Source: Eutreptiella sp. 'Long Island Sound 2002'
Taxonomy: Eukaryota; Protista; Euglenida
Length of the DNA: 64,000 nucleotides
Direction of reading: 5' to 3'
Assembly: GCA_964036045.1 (NCBI GenBank)
Contig: OZ038379.1
Coordinates: 5,704,001 to 5,768,000, forward strand
Shown here: piece after piece, positions 61,111 to 64,000 of the stretch
Layout: every line of letters begins with the position of its first letter
Position numbering within the stretch: position 1 is the first letter of the stretch
Notes under the pieces: generated by a model
What the model was told of the DNA's origin: nothing
Databases searched by the model: none
The model's input: only the letters and a program-made list of their open reading frames with translations
Position numbers and translations under genes: made by a program

Positions 61111-62853
61111 GTCTGTCCGGTGCAGTGCGGTGATCATGGGAGCAGGCGGCAGGGGGGGCAGAGGTGATTGATGATACATTGATGATACATCCACCGTGGT
61201 CCATGCCAGCCAGAATTAGCTCATAGGACCTTGGGTAGTGGACGCTGTTGGTCTCCTATGCAAGATCTTTTCTCTTTGGCTTATGCTTTGCACGCTCCAT
61301 TGGTGTTGGTGTTCCTTCTGTACACGGTTGTACACACGCATTCGCTCCCCGTAGCAGTGGGGGGGTGCGCAGGTTGCAGCAGTGGTGGGAGGGGAGGGGT
61401 TGGTCCTCAGCGGTAGGTGCTCCACCGCCAACCGCCGCCGTGGATTGATGAACGACAGCCGCTAGTCAACCGACAATCCCCGGCGGCGTTCGCGCGCAGT
61501 CCTCAAGGGCAGTCCTGCGTGCGCGGAAGAGACCAGTGCTGAAGCCCGCTCTGCTTGGCGGGTTGGTCGGTCTCCTGTGCTCACTAATGCCACGGGGGGG
61601 GGGGGGGGGGCTTTGTTTATAAGGAATGAATACAGAGAGGGGGGGGGTCCCACAAAGGGGCGGTTATTCCAAGTTGATTTTCCCTCAGCCAAATTTTGGG
61701 TCAAGATTTTGCCCCCCCCCCCCCTGGACCCCCTGCTCACGCTGCAGGGGTTGGGGTCCGGAACAGAACTACACCCCCCCCAGTGATTGATCCCCTCGCC
61801 AGCTCTGCACGTCAGGGCAGAGTCTGCATTGCATGTGGGTGCTCTAGTAGAGATGAGCTGTGCTGCACAGTGAAAAATGTGTATGGAATCCTAATTTTCA
61901 ATCGAAAGTGACAAGAGCCAAGATTCCGGCAGGCTCAGGCTTCATTGCAGCTTCTCCCCCAGTGTTCGCGCATGTCAATCCGCTGCCAGTGCACAGCAGG
62001 CGGTTCAATGCTGCGCACACAACCTGCACAATGGACACACCGGCCATTGGGTCAAGTACGGATTGTGGACGACATAGGTCGATGCCTCCAGTATCAACCA
62101 GTGCCGTGCGCAGCACAGCACCGCCTGGCACCGACTGTGGCCTCTCGGTCCCCCGAAGCCGGGCTCTGCCTCAGGCCGGGGTTGGAGTACCAAACCCCAC
62201 CGGGGTCGCACGGGCAGCAGGCCAGACCTCGATTTGCAGCCCGCCAGCGCCAAGACAGTGGGTCCCAAAGACATCATGCTCCCCCGCCAGGCTGAGGGGT
62301 GCCATGACAAGGCCCAAAGAACAGCAGCACAGCTGCAACCAAATGCACAGCGAACAAGCCCAGATACCGTCCTGCGCAGCACACCACAGACTTCGAGCAA
62401 ATGCATGGTGCTGAGAGGATCAAGCACTCCAATTTCTCGACTTGTCTTGACTGATATGATTCAATGGTTCTGCCACATCACACCAAACTGGGTTTATCAT
62501 GTAGCATCACCGGTGTCCCGTACCATGTTTGTTGTGTGACCTGCTTGTCGTGCGGGGCGTTGGGGCGGCAACACGGGGGGCGTTGGGCCAGACCCCTCCC
62601 CCAAACCCACACCAACGGTGGACAATGGGAAACAACCAAATTGGGCACCAACGGCGCCCGGAAAATTTCTTTGGCCTCTGGAGATAGGGGCAGAAAAAAG
62701 CCTTTCAAAGTTTCACTAAAAGTGTTTGTCCCCAAAATGGGCCATGGGAGTGCAGTTTGGTGAGTGAGAGTGGAGTGTTTGTCTCCATGCTCACAGTTGC
62801 AGACAGTGGCCCTTTTGACGGCGCTGGTAGGTGTCGCATTGTAGTTATTGACA

Positions 62854-63000
62854 GGGGGGGGCCTATGCGCACTGCGCGCGCAGTGCAACTATTGGGGCGT
62901 GTGACCGTACTAGAAACCCATACTTTGTGATACTCTGGGCATCATTGTCGTTTCACAGCAGGTTTTGATGCTTCTTCCACCTCGGGGATATGGTATTTTC
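62854..63000. mobile_element. Family C left-end fragment
   Basis: GGGGGGGGCCTATGCGCACTGCGCGCGCAGTGCAACTATTGGGGCG...AGAAACCCATACTTTGTGATACT matches the family C left end. Right end not found. Confidence 0.65.
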
Positions 63001-63487
63001 ACCAAGCCGATTAAAAGTGGGGGTAGGGCCGGGGGCCAAATCCAATTTACGCTGTAAATTACGTAAATTTTTGTAAATTGCGCAAAAAGTGGCGTAAATT
63101 TCTGTAAATTTTTGTAAATTCGGTGTAAATTCGGGAACCCATGTCTTTTGTATGCTACTAGATGTTGGGAAATATCATAAACACCCCCCCACATTGCCCA
63201 CATGTGATGTATATTTTTGTTTTTACCATGTTTGTACCATGTTGATGCTGCCTACCTGGTACATTGCAACATGAACTACTACTGAGCGCCAGATTTCGCA
63301 AGACGAGGCGCTATACAAATGTCGTTTGTTGCGAGGTGCTTTCAGCGGAGATTAGCAAGACGGGCCGCTATACAAATGTCGTTTGTTGCTAGCTGAAGAT
63401 CCTGCATTCGGAGCAAAACCCCGGCCCGAGTGTAGCGCCAAATTCTTTCTGGGGCGAACACATTCGTTCAAACTTTCTTTCTCCTTC

Positions 63488-63972
63488 CCACGCTTTGTTG
63501 CGTGGCCCCTCGAGTTGGGGTTAGGAACTCACAATCCACGCTTTGTTGCGTGGCCCCTCGAGTTGGGGTTAGGGACTCACAATCCACGCTTTGTTGCGTG
63601 GCCCCTCGAGTTGGGGTTAGGGACTGACAATCCACGCTTTGTTGCGTGCCCCCTCGAGTTGGGGTTAGGGACTCTCAATCCACGCTTTGTTGCGTGGCCC
63701 CTCGAGTTGGGGTTAGGGACTCTCAATCCACGCTTTGTTGCGTGGCCCCTCGAGTTGGGGTTAGGAACTCACAATCCACGCTTTGTTGCGTGGCCCCTCG
63801 AGTTGGGGTTAGGGACTCACAATCCACGCTTTGTTGCGTGGCCCCTCGAGTTGGGGTTAGGGACTCTCAATCCACGCTTTGTTGCGTGGCCCCTCGAGTT
63901 GGGGTTAGGAACTCACAATCCACGCTTTGTTGCGTGGCCCCTCGAGTTGGGGTTAGGGACTCACAATCCACG
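63488..63972 (+). repeat. 48-bp tandem minisatellite, 10 full units
   Basis: Unit CCACGCTTTGTTGCGTGGCCCCTCGAGTTGGGGTTAGG(G/A)ACTC(A/T)CAAT starting at 63488, 63536, ... 63920. Confidence 0.98.
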
Positions 63973-64000
63973 TTGTGCCTGTACGGGTTGTGCGAAGCCT

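Noticed and set aside
62234-62539. Possible last exon of the DnaJ gene (CCGCCAG|GCTGAG, phase 0)
   Set aside because: It is phase-compatible, but the peptide is uninformative and lies in CpG-poor, repeat-like DNA, so it cannot be distinguished from chance.
63488-63972. CRISPR-like array
   Set aside because: The whole 48-bp unit repeats with only 1-2 variable bases. There are no unique spacers and no cas genes, and the context is eukaryotic.

Overview
Repeat-rich, intron-rich eukaryotic nuclear DNA. It is probably a euglenozoan, most likely a euglenid; this is inferred from the trypanosomatid-like STT3, GTNYG splice donors, polypyrimidine/AG sites just 5' of start codons and TTAGGG-like motifs. 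Most ORFs in the track are artefacts of microsatellites, GC-rich repeats or antisense shadows. Five spliced or intronless gene models can be rebuilt by hand, all on the + strand with phase-consistent GT-AG junctions. (1) The last five exons of an uncharacterised low-complexity, probably nuclear protein (1589-9748). (2) A complete 7-exon STT3 oligosaccharyltransferase (17406-31728, about 853 aa). (3) An RIIa/Dpy-30-type dimerisation/docking (D/D) exon (38513-38683) and a rhodanese exon (41198-41503) that are phase-compatible and may be one fusion gene. (4) An intronless 249-aa four-TM protein with an MGTCCS acylation-type N-terminus and faint Orai-like TM1-TM2 (49612-50361). (5) A split J-domain (DnaJ) gene (about 57601 to beyond 61110). 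Introns and intergenic DNA carry PIF/Harbinger-like MITEs with 3-bp TSDs, a Helentron/DINE-1-like family with subterminal IRs and a terminal hairpin, and a modular dispersed repeat. They also carry a foldback minisatellite, a 1.7-kb mosaic (CACNN)n satellite, a ~380-bp inverted-repeat pair enclosing a decayed CGGBP1/hAT-type zinc finger, and a 48-bp hairpin minisatellite at the window end. No CRISPR array, rRNA or tRNA is supported. All calls are by eye; no database searches were run.
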